From assembly GCF_006345805.1 (NCBI RefSeq), contig NW_021836834.1, forward strand, positions 1 to 51,395: a stretch of 51,395 nucleotides of DNA, written 5' to 3'. The notes under the pieces are model-generated. The model was not told the DNA's origin. It saw only the letters and a program-made list of their open reading frames with translations, and made no database searches. Below, piece after piece: positions 22,191-34,826 of the stretch. Positions within the stretch are counted from its first letter, which is position 1. Every line of letters starts with the position of its first letter. A program made the position numbers and the translations under genes. This DNA is from Octopus sinensis. Its lineage: Eukaryota.

Positions 22191-22570
22191 GTGGCTGTGT
22201 GGAAGTAGCTTGTTTTACCAACCACATGGTTCCGGGTTCAGTCCCACTGCGTGGCACCTTGGGCAAGTCTTCTACTATAGCCTCAGGCCGACCAAAGCCT
22301 TGTGAGTGGATTGGTAGATGGAAACTGAAAGAAGCCCGTCGTATATGTATATAATATATGCATTTGTGTGTTTTGTGTCTGTATTTGTCCCCCTAGCATT
22401 GCTTGACAACCGATGCTGGTGTGTTTATGTCCCCGTTACTTAGTGGTTCGGCAAAAGAGACCGATGAATAAGTACGGGCTTACAAAGGAATAAGTCCCGG
22501 GGTCGAGTTGCTTGATTAAAGGTGGTGCTCCAGCATGGCTGCAGTCAAATGACTGAAACAAGTAAAAGAG
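22191..22570 (+). mobile_element. SINE family B
   Basis: Near-complete copy matching 24409-24810. Confidence 0.9.
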
Positions 22571-22581
22571 ATATATATATA

Positions 22582-23103
22582 TCGTAAATCCTTGAGTATA
22601 GTCTGCCCTTGAGTATAATATGCAGGGGATTTTTAGAGGGTTGTACTTCTGAAAAACCTAAACCTTGTGTATAATATGCACCCCTTCTCGAACTTGAGTC
22701 AAGGAAGCCTATATAATGTCCTTGGTTTGTAAAAGTGTATATGGTAACGTCCTTTATTATTATTGTATATATAACATAATGCAAATGTGTAGCTTTTTTG
22801 TGCAATTTGTTTGCAGAAAATAAAGAAATAACAGTAATAACAGTAATAACGTTAAATAAATGTTGCTTATTACAAGTTATGGATGATTCTTTTATGACTT
22901 CATTGCTTTCAGGCTTAGCTTAAGGTATTTTCGCGTCCAACATCACAAAATGCCTCTGAATAAACATTGCTGGACAGCAAATAGAGTCTCGGACATTGCT
23001 TAGAAAATAATTTTCATTTTTAACCTCGTATATAGTACACACTAGGGATTTTGACCTTTAAATTTTGGGAAAAAAAATGTGGATTATACTCGAGGATTTA
23101 CGG
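22582..23103. mobile_element. Non-autonomous TA-target DNA transposon (pogo/Tc2-like TIRs)
   Basis: TA|tcgtaaatccttgagtatagtc ... gattatactcgaggatttacgg|TA. Confidence 0.8.
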
Positions 23104-23153
<50 letters not shown>

Positions 23154-23164
23154 ATATATATATA

Positions 23165-23199
<35 letters not shown>

Positions 23200-23206
<7 letters not shown>

Positions 23207-23350
23207 GGCTTCTTTCAGGTTCTCTTTATCAAAACAACTTAGAAGTCTTTGGTCAGCTGAAGGTTGTTTGTGGAAGACCTTGCCCAAGGTGCTACACAGT
23301 GGGACTGAACCCAGAACCATGAGGTTGGAAAGAGACTTCTTACCACACAA
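23200..23350 (-). mobile_element. SINE family B 5' half
   Basis: Reverse complement of ggttcagtcccactgtgtagcaccttgggcaag... Confidence 0.7.
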
Positions 23351-23439
23351 TGTATGTATATATGCATGTGTATATGTATATACCTTTCTCTGTCTGTCTG
23401 TCTGTCTATCTTGCTATCTATCCTCTCTCTATCAATCTC

Positions 23440-23576
<137 letters not shown>

Positions 23577-24016
23577 ATAAATGTATAAGAATAATATAAC
23601 ATGAGGATGGAGGATATCAAGCTTTAAAAGTAGATCCCATCATTAGTTTCTGCACCATACACCATACACTATGCCATTATAGAAGATCATTCTCTATAAT
23701 TACTGTATAGTTGAATATAGTTGAATATTTTTCAGCAACAACCTTGTCTGGGAACTTTGTTAGATGGAAAATAGTTAAGTCCTGTTGGATTTCTCTGAAT
23801 TCTCTAGGTATATGATGGTTTTAAATGCATGTTATGAGTTTTTTTTTTACCTGAATTATACTATATAGATATGTGTGTGTGTGTTTATATATGTATATGT
23901 ATATATGTGTGTGTATATATATATATATATATATTATATATGTATGTATGTATTTATGTTTGTATGTAAGTATGTATGTATGTATGTATGTATGTATGTA
24001 TGTATGTATGTATGTA

Positions 24017-24053
<37 letters not shown>

Positions 24054-24263
24054 GTAAAAGTAATGTGTGACAATTATTTGGTAGCCATGATAAAACTCCA
24101 CACTGTCATCTCTTCAGTTATGCAGCCATCGAAAAAATGCTATGAAAATTACAAAGAAAATTACTGCATGATGACCATTATAAAGACAAAAGAGCTATTT
24201 GAATGACCGCTAAGTGAGGGAGGGAGTAAAAGTAAGTGGGTTAAAAAGTTCACCATTTTTAAT

Positions 24264-24318
<55 letters not shown>

Positions 24319-24354
24319 TATATATATATATATATATAATATATATATATAATA

Positions 24355-24400
<46 letters not shown>

Positions 24401-24408
24401 ATATATAT

Positions 24409-24810
24409 AGGCGCAGGAGTGGCTGTGTGGTAAGTAGCTTGCTAACCAACCACATGGTTCCGGGTTCAGTCCCACTGCATGGCATCTTGGGCAAGCGTCT
24501 TGCTATAGCCCCGAGCCGACCAATCCCTTGTGAGTGGATTTGGTAGACGGAAACTGAAAGAAGCCTGTCGTATATTGTATATATATATATATATGTGTGT
24601 GTTGTTGTTTGTGTGTCTGTGTTTTGTCCCCCTAGCATTGCTTGACAACCGATGCTGGGTGTTTACGTCCCCGTCACTTAGCGGTTCGGCAAAAAGAGAC
24701 TGATAGAGTAAGTACTGGGCTTACAAAGAATAAGTCCCGGGGTCGATTTCTTGACTAAAGGCGGTGCCCCAGCATGGCCACAGTCAAATGACTGAAACAA
24801 GTAAAAGAAT
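24409..24810 (+). mobile_element. tRNA-derived CORE-type SINE family B, full length
   Basis: aggcgcaggagtggctgtgtggtaag (A-box-like), gggttcagtccc (B-box-like), cttgggcaag CORE-like motif, internal TA/TG tract, gtaaaaga tail. Confidence 0.9.
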
Positions 24811-25449
24811 AAAAGAAAAAAGAATATATATATATATATATATACATATATATATACATACAGATATATATTGTGTCAGATTGCTCTTGGGTGCTACTGG
24901 TAACATGTAGTGCAGCACAAAATGTTGCGTTGTTGGGTCGTCAGTGACCAAACTGGCAATCCTATCAAGCTTGCTTGGTGAGGAAGGTGACTGTTGGAGA
25001 CCCTGCAGGATGAAAAATAAGATCTGTCAAAGGGCAGAAGAGTTCAGACGCATTCAATGGCCATCCAACAATGTATATGTATGCATGTACGTGTACATGG
25101 ATATGAAGAAATACCTGGGTTGGTGTCAAGGTGTGCGGTTGGCCCGTTGAGAGTGGGAAGCCCCTCTATTGTTGTCACAGCATCTCTCTAGGAGAGGGAA
25201 ACTCTGAGAGAAAACTTGTGACACTGACGATATTCAATGATGAAGACTAGTTCTTCCTTTTGAGTTTATGTTGTCCATGTTCAGAGAATGGAATTGGATT
25301 TGTGCAAATCCTTTCCCCCCACTATAAAAAAATCATCATGCACAGGCATCGCTCGAAAAAAAGTATCACAAAAATGGCTGGTTGTTGCTTTTGCATGTGT
25401 AGGACTTTTGACTAGGTGATAGCAATACTTGAATACAAGTTTGCAGCTG

Positions 25450-25576
25450 TCTATATATACATACACGCACATACATACATACATACATACATACATACAT
25501 ACATACATACATACATACATACATACATACTCACACACATACATACATACATACATACATACATACATACATACAT

Positions 25577-25609
<33 letters not shown>

Positions 25610-25705
25610 TACATACATACATACATACATACATACATACATACATACATACATGCATACATACATACATACATACATACGTACATACATACATACATGC
25701 ATGCA
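25450..25705. repeat. (TACA)n microsatellite
   Basis: Directly visible. Confidence 0.95.
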
Positions 25706-26877
25706 TGAAATCATCAGAACACCTGAATTTATCCAAGAAGTTCAACAGACCATTGATTACAGTCCCAGAAAGTCCATGAGGTCAATTGCAAAAGATCTCC
25801 ATGTATCAAAATGAACAGGCAGAAATGTTGTCTACGAAGACATCAGATATAGGTTGTATATGATGTGGAAAGGTCAATTTGTGAGAAAAAGCAAAAGAAA
25901 ATCACTACATCAGATTTAAAAGGATCTTAAACAAACTGAAAGAAGATTTGATTTGGTTTTTCTCAAATAAGAAAAACTTTGACTAAGATCAAAAAGTTAA
26001 TAGAAGAAATGACAGTTGGTTATGTGCAGACTCTTCTGAAGTTCTAAGTGTTATGCATACAAAATTTCCTGCAACTGTCCTGGTTTTAGGGGTTGTCAGT
26101 AATGAAGAATATGTGATTAAGGCGGCGAGCTGGCAGAAACGTTAGCACGCCGGGCGACCTGCGTAGCCGTATTTCGTCTGTCGTTACGTTCCAAGTTCAA
26201 ATTCCGCCGAGGTCGACTTTGCCTTTCATCCTTTCGGGGTCGATAAATTAAGTACCAGTTACGCACTGGGGTCGATGTGATCGAATTAATCCCTTTGTCT
26301 GTCCTTGTTTGTCCCCTCTGTGTTTAGCCCCTTGTGGGTAGTAAAGAAATATATATGTGATTCCACAAGGCTTTAGAGTTAATTCTGCCGCCTACATTGA
26401 GGTCCTGGAAATAATTGTTAAGCCCTGGATAGACAGTGTATACAAGGGAAGGCCATATGTGTTTCAGTAAGACTCTGTACTATCACACATGACTCTAGTA
26501 ACTTGGGAATGGATGTTTGAAAATTTAACATTTGGCCTCCTAATTCCCCAGATTTCAATCCATTGGACTATTACATGTGGAGCATTGTTGAAAGAGAGTT
26601 CACTAAACACACCCATATCACCAAAGATTCTTTGAAAGCTGCCATAGTTAGAGTAATGTCCAAAATGAACCAGGACCACTTGATTCGAGCATGTAGATGA
26701 TTTAGATCTCATATAGAGCAGTTATTGGAGCTGAAGGTGGTTTTATTGAATTACATTATAGAAAAGAAGGTTTATTGTTATCTTCACAGCATTTTTTGAT
26801 AAATAAAGTTATTATTGTTATTATATACCTGTTTTCTTATAAACATAAATCTGTTCTCAAATATCTTACGCACCCTA
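25705..26877 (+). mobile_element. Tc1/mariner-superfamily (maT-like) transposase pseudogene with right TIR
   Basis: IRTPEFIQEVQ..SPRKSMRSIAKDLHVS; FFS..KNFD*DQKVNRRND; KFPATVLVLGVVS; RPYVFQ*DS; WPPNSPDFNPLDYYMWSIVE; ends cttacgcaccctaTA; interrupted by a SINE. Confidence 0.8.
26121..26350 (+). mobile_element. SINE family A nested in the maT-like element
   Basis: Full length; TSD atatgtgatt at ~26109-26118 and 26353-26362. Confidence 0.92.
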
Positions 26878-26879
26878 TA

Positions 26880-26895
26880 TATGTATACATACAAA

Positions 26896-26928
<33 letters not shown>

Positions 26929-28470
26929 TATATATATATATATAATATTATATATATATATTATATATATATAAAGTATGCATATATACACATACTTGTA
27001 TGCATACACACATATACACATGTATACACATATATGCCATATGTATATGCATACTTTACATATGTTGTTATATATATATGTATATATATATATTATATAT
27101 ATACACATATAGATATAGATATTGATATATATATTATATTATATATATATATTATACATATATATAATGGACGTTAAACGATGATGATGATGATGATGAT
27201 GAAAGTATGCATATACATATATACACATACTTGTATGCATAGACACATATACACATGTATACACACATATATGCATATATGTGTGTCTACATATGTACAT
27301 TCGTACATACTTACATACATACATACATACATACATCATACATATATACATACATACATACACACATACGTGCATATATACACACATATATACATACATA
27401 TATACATACATGCACACATACGTGCATATATACACACATATATACATACATACATACATACATACATACACACATACGTGCATATATACATACACACATA
27501 CATACATACACGCATACATACATACATACATACATATATACATACATACATACATACATACATACATACATACATACATACATACATACATACATACCAT
27601 ACATTCATGCATACATACATACATACATACACACATATATACACACATATATATACATACATATGTGCATATATACACACATACAAACATACGTACATAC
27701 ATAAACAATGTCATGCCTCATAGGAAAGTAATATGTTACAGGCATTTTCTGGCACTTGCTGATAATGTTGGTTTAATCTTTTGGGATAAGTAAATCAATA
27801 TATTCTATCACTGCATGCCAGTCTGTAGACAACCTGTTTGTGTCTTTAATTCGTCAAATATTTAGTAATTATCTCCACCTTCAGGATGGTAAAATTGTAA
27901 AGGCATATCCTTCTGCAGAGATCTTATGTATGTTGTATGTACGTACGTATGTATGTATAATGTGTTGTGTGTATGTATGTATGATGGTATGTATGTTATG
28001 TATGTATGTATGTATGTATGTATGTATGTTGTGTATGTATTATGTATGTATGTGTGTATGTATGTATGTATGTATGTATGTACGTGTGTATGTATGTATG
28101 TATGTGTGTATGTGTGTATGTGCGTGTGTGTGTTTGTGTTTGTGTGTGTGTTGTGTGTGCATGTGTGTGTGTATGTGTGTATGTATGTATGTATGTGTTT
28201 ATGTATGTTTGTGCATGTATGGCCTATGTATGTATGTGTGTATGTATGTGCATATGTATGTACATATGTATGTATGTATGTATGTATGTGCACATGTACA
28301 TATGTATGTTGTATGTATGTATGGATGTATGTATGTATGTGCTTATGTATGTGCATATGTACATATGTACGTATGTATGTACGTATGTATGCATGTACGT
28401 ATGTATATATTTATGTATGTATGTATGTATGTATGTATGTATGTATGTATGTATGTATGTATGTATGTAT
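26880..28470. repeat. (TA)/(CATA)n array (to 27710) and opposed (TATG)n array (27925-28470)
   Basis: Directly visible. Confidence 0.95.
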
Positions 28471-28589
28471 ACATGTTCATTCTTTCTACTCTTTCTCTTT
28501 TTAATTTTAGAGCAAATTTTGACTGGCTACCTACTTATGGCAAGATTATGAAGTAAAATATCTTCTTTTAACCTTCATCCTTTAAATAA

Positions 28590-29846
28590 TAAGTCTTGCA
28601 GAATTTTATAGTCCCAGATATCATGACCATTTGCAAACATAGGAATTAAGGACTGGAGTTCTCTCCCCAAGATCCCAAGTTCAGCCATACTTTGCTCCAG
28701 GCGGGTTGGTATGTACCCTGTTTCTTCAATAATAATAGGTATGAAGCTGAAAGTGTATCTTGGGTAGGAATATGCAAACTCCTTATCAATGGTCCATAGA
28801 TGTCCTCTTTCTCTTAAAACAACTGATTTCTATAACAGAGCATATCTTCTCCTAGTGGTCCCACATAATGATATTTGTCTGGTTGTATTTTAATTTGGTG
28901 GCTGCTTTAATTTTAAGTACCACCAAAATTCTTTTGACCCATTGGTCTCAATATGGACAACTTTGTCAGTAGGTGTTTTTTTCTTTTGTTATCCTGTTCG
29001 AGACTATTTTGGCCACAGCATCATGCTTCATGGGAAGATAATATCTGGAAGACATTCTCTCACAGTTGACCATAATGTGGTTGATGCCTTCAGTCTTGGT
29101 CTTGCACAACCTTACATTTTGTTTTCAATATTTTCTGCATTTAATACTGTAGGTATTTGGTGGGGATCTCTTGTTCTTGGATTGCATGGATTTAGCCTTC
29201 AAAATATGATGTCATAAACTTATCAATACGCCTTGTGAAGCTGATGACATGATCAATCCTTTCTATGGCCTTTTTTTTTACATGCCAAGTACTCATGTAC
29301 TATCTTCTTAGTGATTTGCTCCATATTTTTTCCTGTTGTTCTGATAAATAGATTTTACCAATGCTTCTTGGGGAGAGGTCTGTATCAACTCTTATTTCAC
29401 ACCTCTCCTCAACTCCATTAGCTAGCCTAATTTTATTATTGGTTTCGTGGTCACAAACTGGTCTCTTTCCTCTGCTGCAGATGTTGTTTAATTGTCCCAA
29501 TCCATGCTTCATATGACATCAGTACAGATTTGGGACCATAGCCACCATCCTTGTGTGAGAAGTACTGTGTGTCTACATCTCCATTGATTTTGAAGTTTCC
29601 AGTAATTACGAGTTCAAACATCGTTCTCATTTAGTTCTTGTAATCAGTTTGGAAGGCCAAACATAAGCATGATTTCAGGCACTGCAAAGGTGTTGTGGTA
29701 ATATGTTTGTTGTAAGCTGAAAGTTCTGATGACCATATTCCCTTTACACACCTGAGAAGTTCATTTATGATCCTTTCCTTATTTATGGGTCCATCATATC
29801 TGACATTCTCATCTTGTCTGAGATATTTATAATTGTCATCTGAGTG
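28590..29846 (-). mobile_element. R4/Dong-like LINE fragment (RT end, thumb, CCHC, RLE), degraded
   Basis: YKYLRQDENVRYDGPINKERI..IWSSELSAYNK; TGNFKINGDVD..KDGGYG; RLCKTEGINHIMVNCENVSSRYYLPMKHDAVAK; IIMWDH*EKICSVIEISC. Confidence 0.8.
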
Positions 29847-30180
29847 TATTCTTATTCTATAAACAATACGATCAGAACATTCTCTGCCATTGCTAATTTG
29901 GTTACCTAGGTAACAGAAACTGATCACAACCTCAAGAGAGCCTCCTGGGCATTTGAGAGAGTTAAATTTCTGTATGTCGTTAGTGCTTATTGTTTTTGCA
30001 TATTTGCCACATATGAAGATGACTTTATCTGTTAATCTACCTGTGATTCCACTGCATCGCTTATGTGTCCATAGTTCACTGGGTACAGCAAATGGAATTA
30101 CTTCCAACTCCTTTTCTACATATTGAGCTGGGTCATTTTACCTGACGAAAAAAGTCTTATCTGCTTTCTTGCTTAATGAC
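29847..30180 (-). mobile_element. RTE-clade RT internal fragment
   Basis: WTHKRCSGITGRLTDKVIFICG..LKCPGGSLEVVISFCYLGNQISNG..RIRI. Confidence 0.8.
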
Positions 30181-30602
30181 AACTATATATATATATTATA
30201 TGTGTGTGTGTTGTGTGTGTGTGGTGTATACATACATACATACACATAAAAATTATACACACAATGCACACACAACACACCACACACACACCCACACACA
30301 AATACACACACATAAGCTATATATAATATATTAATAATATATGTATTTATACAATATTTTTCCTTTTTGTTTGATACAGCAAATTTTTTTGCAAATTGTT
30401 TTTTTTTTCTTTTACAGGTGAATCAATCTAACAACAGTGCAGCAAATAACACTTCTTTCTTCCTTCCTTCCTTCCTTCCTCCTTGGAAATATTCAGTTAT
30501 TATCACTGTCATATAACTAACCCCACTTCTTTTTGTTGTATTTATTCCCACCCACCCCTCAAAAGTTTAAAGTACACATGCCCATGCACTTATTCAGTTC
30601 CC

Positions 30603-30797
30603 TTAGTGTTTTAGAAAAGGCTGCAATGAGTCATACAAATTTTTGACGACACTTGAAAGTTGTCCCGGGTTGCATTTACGCATCTGCACTACTTTGCCTG
30701 ACAGAGGTAGACGTGCCAATGTTGTTCTCTGACCCTTTTGTTCATCAGCAACATCTATGAAGTTCTCTTCAAATCTCAGACAGGTTACTGATAGCGT
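30603..30797 (-). CDS. Candidate host coding exon (possibly terminal), product unknown
   Basis: Stop-free 64-codon frame TLSVTCLRFEENFIDVADEQKGQRTTLARLPLSGKVVQMRKCNPGQLSSVVKNLYDSLQPFLKH*, non-repetitive and protein-like; no ATG; possible acceptor ctatcag| at 30788/30787. Confidence 0.45.
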   Translation of the reverse strand, partial: TLSVTCLRFEENFIDVADEQKGQRTTLARLPLSGKVVQMRKCNPGQLSSVVKNLYDSLQPFLKH

Positions 30798-30939
30798 TCA
30801 CTATTGCATACATAGAAAACAGATAGACAGATAGACAGGTCATTATTATCAACTTTACTACCTGTCTAGGTCAGAGCTTTACTATCAGATGCAAACAAAT
30901 ATTCAAATGTCAAAATGTCAATAGGTGTGCTTAGGCATC

Positions 30940-31421
30940 CATACCATCCATCCATCAACATAATACACTGTACTACATACATGCATACATACATACATAC
31001 GCATACAGACATACAATACACAACATCAATACATACATATACATACACACAACATACATACGACAATACATACACATACATACACATAATACATACAGAC
31101 ATACATACACATACATACGTACATCACATACATACATACGACTACATACGCATAACAAACTACATACATACGTACAAACATGCATACAAACATACATACT
31201 ACATGCCATACAACATACATACGTAACATACATACATACACATACATACAATACATACATACTAAGCAATACAAACATACATATGAACATACGCCATACA
31301 TACATTATAATACGAACAATACATATGAACATACAACATACATACATATCATTATATTATATATATATATATGTGTATGTTGTAAGTATGTATCCATCTA
31401 TCTATCTATCTATCTATCTAT

Positions 31422-31452
<31 letters not shown>

Positions 31453-31457
31453 CTATC

Positions 31458-31497
<40 letters not shown>

Positions 31498-31541
31498 GAT
31501 TGTATGTATGTAGTATGTATGTGTGTGTTTGTGTATGTGTG

Positions 31542-31573
<32 letters not shown>

Positions 31574-31580
31574 CATACAA
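30940..31580. repeat. Degenerate (CATA)n/(CTAT)n/(TA)n array
   Basis: Directly visible. Confidence 0.95.
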
Positions 31581-31642
31581 ATGAATAAAAAAAGCTAGTT
31601 GCAATGTTCTACCATAAAGGAGAATTATAGGTTCAACCTAAA

Positions 31643-31773
31643 CGTGACTAAAGGTGTCAAGATATCTACATTGCTAGAATAAGAGTTAAAATGCTCCAGT
31701 GCTGCTATAACAACATTGGAGCATTTTAGCTCTTATTTCTAGCAATGTAGGGGACTTAACACTATTAGTCATG
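31643..31773. repeat. 130 bp imperfect palindrome with near-perfect 85 nt inner hairpin
   Basis: ctacattgctagaataagagttaaaatgctccagtg / cattggagcattttagctcttatttctagcaatgtag, 12 nt loop. Confidence 0.85.
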
Positions 31774-32021
31774 ATATATGTGTGTGTGTGTGTGTGTGTG
31801 TGTATGCATGTACACTCACACACACACATAAAGTTGAACAAATTGACCCCAGTATTTTTAAATTTGGTATTTAATTTGTCTCCTTTTGCTGAACTGCTAA
31901 GTAAACAAACTAAACTCTGGTTGTTAAGTGGTGTGTGTATGTGACAAACACATGACAAACGCAGATACAAGGGTATATATATAAATATAACTTATCGTTA
32001 ATAAAATCAGGGGGCGTTGCA

Positions 32022-32404
32022 TACTCTTTTACTTGTTCCAGTCATTTGACTGTGGCCATGCTGGAGCACTGCCTTTAGTTGAGCAAATTGACTCCAGTAC
32101 TTATTCATTGTAAGACTAGTACTTATTCTATCGGTCTCTTTTCCTGAACCGCTAAGCATCAGCATCAGTTGTCAAGCAGCATCAGTTGTCAAGCAATGTT
32201 GGAGGGACAAACACAGACACACAAACACATAGACACACATACATACGACGGGCTTCTTTCAGTTTCTGTATACCAAATCCACTCACAAGGATTTGGTCGG
32301 CCCAACGCTATAGTAGAAGACACTTGCCCAAGGTGCCATGCAGTGGGATTGAATCCGGAACCATGTGGTTGGTAAACAAGCTACTTACCACACAGCCACT
32401 CCTG
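32022..32404 (-). mobile_element. SINE family B
   Basis: Reverse complement of full copy; 17 bp internal duplication at 32161-32194. Confidence 0.9.
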
Positions 32405-32929
32405 TTACTAATAAATGAAAAAAATGCATAGTAAATAAACGACAGATAAAATACGCATACAACTGGATGTGAGACAGACACAGAAGGTCCCTAATTCATC
32501 ACCAGTTATCAACCAAATGGTAATACTTAGTTTCATACCATGAATGATAAGACTGAAAACTTCCCATACACACACACACACACACAGCAGTTGCCACAAT
32601 TACTATGTACTGATTTAACCAGCAAGGCTTCAAGTTGGATACAGCTAATTTCTAGAAGCTAATCTGATGTGTGATTTTATGTGGTAGGGAATTTTCCAGC
32701 CAGTTTGGACTCACAAGGCACGTGAAAGTCCACAATCAAGATAACTGATCAGAACAAGTACCAATTGGTTGGTAAGACATATGTCAAAACACCAGCTATA
32801 AAAATGATTTGTCAATAATATGTATTCAACTAACCCAAGCTAGCATGAAGACATGGACGTTAAACAAATGAAAACATACATATGTATGTGTGTGCATAAG
32901 TATATATATATATATATATATATATATAC

Positions 32930-33242
32930 TGTGTGCCGTACCCGTGGCACGTAAAAGGGCACCATTCGAGCGTGATTGTTACCAATGTCACTTCACTGGC
33001 ACCTGTGCTGGTGGCATGTGTAAAAAGATTCGAGCGAGGTCGTTGCCAGTGCCACCTGACTGGCCCCTATGCCGGTGGCACGTAAAAAGCACCCACTACA
33101 CTCTCGGAGTGGTTGGCATTAGGAAGGGCATCCAGCTGTAGAAACTCTGCCAGATCGAGATTGGAGCCTGGTGCAGCCATCTGGCTCGCCAGCCCTCAGT
33201 CAAAAGCGGTCATTAAACGATGATGATGATAATGATGGTGAT
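32930..33242 (+). mobile_element. RTE-type 3' UTR and tail with hairpin subrepeats
   Basis: gtgcc..tggcacgtaaaa modules, then cacccactacactctcggagtgg core and (ATG)n. Confidence 0.85.
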
Positions 33243-33318
33243 ATATATAGAACCATCTAAGATTTCAGAAGTCAGAAAAATCAGAAAAAACAGTCGCATA
33301 TTTGTTGATAGAGTGGGT

Positions 33319-33484
33319 ATATTAATCAAAGTGTACAGTTTTATTATTCCATAGCTGCCATCTCTGAAGAGTGCAGGGCCACATATTCAAGCTGTCATCT
33401 AACACTTCATTGAACCCGTAATGCAAAACTGATTTGTTAGATTGGACATAATGGATATATACTACTGTACACTTTGATTAATAT
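33319..33484. mobile_element. MITE-like element with perfect 21 bp TIRs
   Basis: atattaatcaaagtgtacagt ... actgtacactttgattaatat. Confidence 0.75.
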
Positions 33485-33539
33485 ATATATATATATAAAT
33501 TGAAGTGTACATATGTATATGTATAACTATATTTTATGT

Positions 33540-33730
33540 AGTTGTTGGTTGTGGCCAGTCAGAAAGTTATCATTGGATTTGAATCTATTATTGCACTAGC
33601 AATATGAGCTAGTCATCAGACCTGCTAACTAGGGGCGCATAACTTCTTTACTAATGGAGGTAAAAATACAGCCATCCTCCATTTTGTATTTTTACCTCCA
33701 TGTGTGAAGAGGCTTTGTGCCTTCAACCAG
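33540..33730 (+). repeat. Dispersed foldback repeat, homologous to ~47190-47345 (minus)
   Basis: 17 bp stem atggaggtaaaaataca / tgtatttttacctccat; shared text atctattattgc..tcatcag..ataac.tctttactaatg.aggtaaaa. Confidence 0.6.
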
Positions 33731-34019
33731 CAGATCTAAGTGCAACAGTAGGCTCGAATCCAATGGTAACTTTCTGACCAGCCGTAACCAATGACTACAT
33801 AAAATATTGGTGTACAAAAATTTTGTTTTAGAGCTTATTTTTTACTGATTTAAGTACAACTGACTGATTATATATACATGTGTGTACACACACACACACA
33901 CATACACACACACACACATACACATGTGCACCCGCACACATACAATATACAAAAAGAAAAGATAAAGGTGAGAGGTAAATACCAGTAAAAATTATGAAAG
34001 AGAGAGAGAGTGGGGGAGA

Positions 34020-34057
<38 letters not shown>

Positions 34058-34566
34058 GAAGGTCAATGACCAGCGATTATGTCATTACCATATTTCCTTT
34101 GTCCGCAAACACATTAGCTACAAATTGCAACTTTCTGTTGGAGAATTAAATATTAAATTCTTCTTGTTATTACAACTGCCATCTCTGATGAAAGTTCCAT
34201 CATTATCTCCACCACCATCACCACTCATGTTAACCTTATCTATCTGTTTCCCTCTCTCTTTCTATTTTATCCATCCATCCATCCACTCGTCTGTCAGTCT
34301 GTCAGTCTATCTATCTATCTACAGTGAAAAACATAAGCCAATACTTAAAATTAATTTAAAAATATAAAAGTTAAAAATTAAAAAATAATTTAAATAAATT
34401 AAACTTATAAATTTTAAATATATATATATACAAATATGCATATATATATGTATGTATATTTTTATATTTATATATTATTTAATTTTAATTAATTAATTTA
34501 TTTATTTATTTTTTTTTTTAATAAATATCAAAAGTATTAAAAGTTTAATAAAAGATAAGAGTGTAT

Positions 34567-34623
<57 letters not shown>

Positions 34624-34659
34624 GTATATATGTATGTATGTATATATATAGATGCCATG

Positions 34660-34770
34660 ATAAATCGTTAGCATAGGCTCGAAACATAAAAGACTTTTCT
34701 ATTCCTGAGCATTATACTAATACATCTGTTTGTTTTGTACATCACCTGTCTTCGTCTTTTGTTTTTTCGT
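34660..34770 (+). mobile_element. Possible Penelope-type terminal-repeat fragment with partial hammerhead
   Basis: agcataggctc-gaaa-cata resembles helix II plus GAAA; the CUGA half is absent. Confidence 0.3.
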
Positions 34771-34778
34771 AAACTCTC

Positions 34779-34826
<48 letters not shown>

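Noticed and set aside
30400-30520. Strong-looking splice acceptor ttttcttttacag|
   Set aside because: The downstream frame runs into a (CCTT)n repeat and a stop, with no donor
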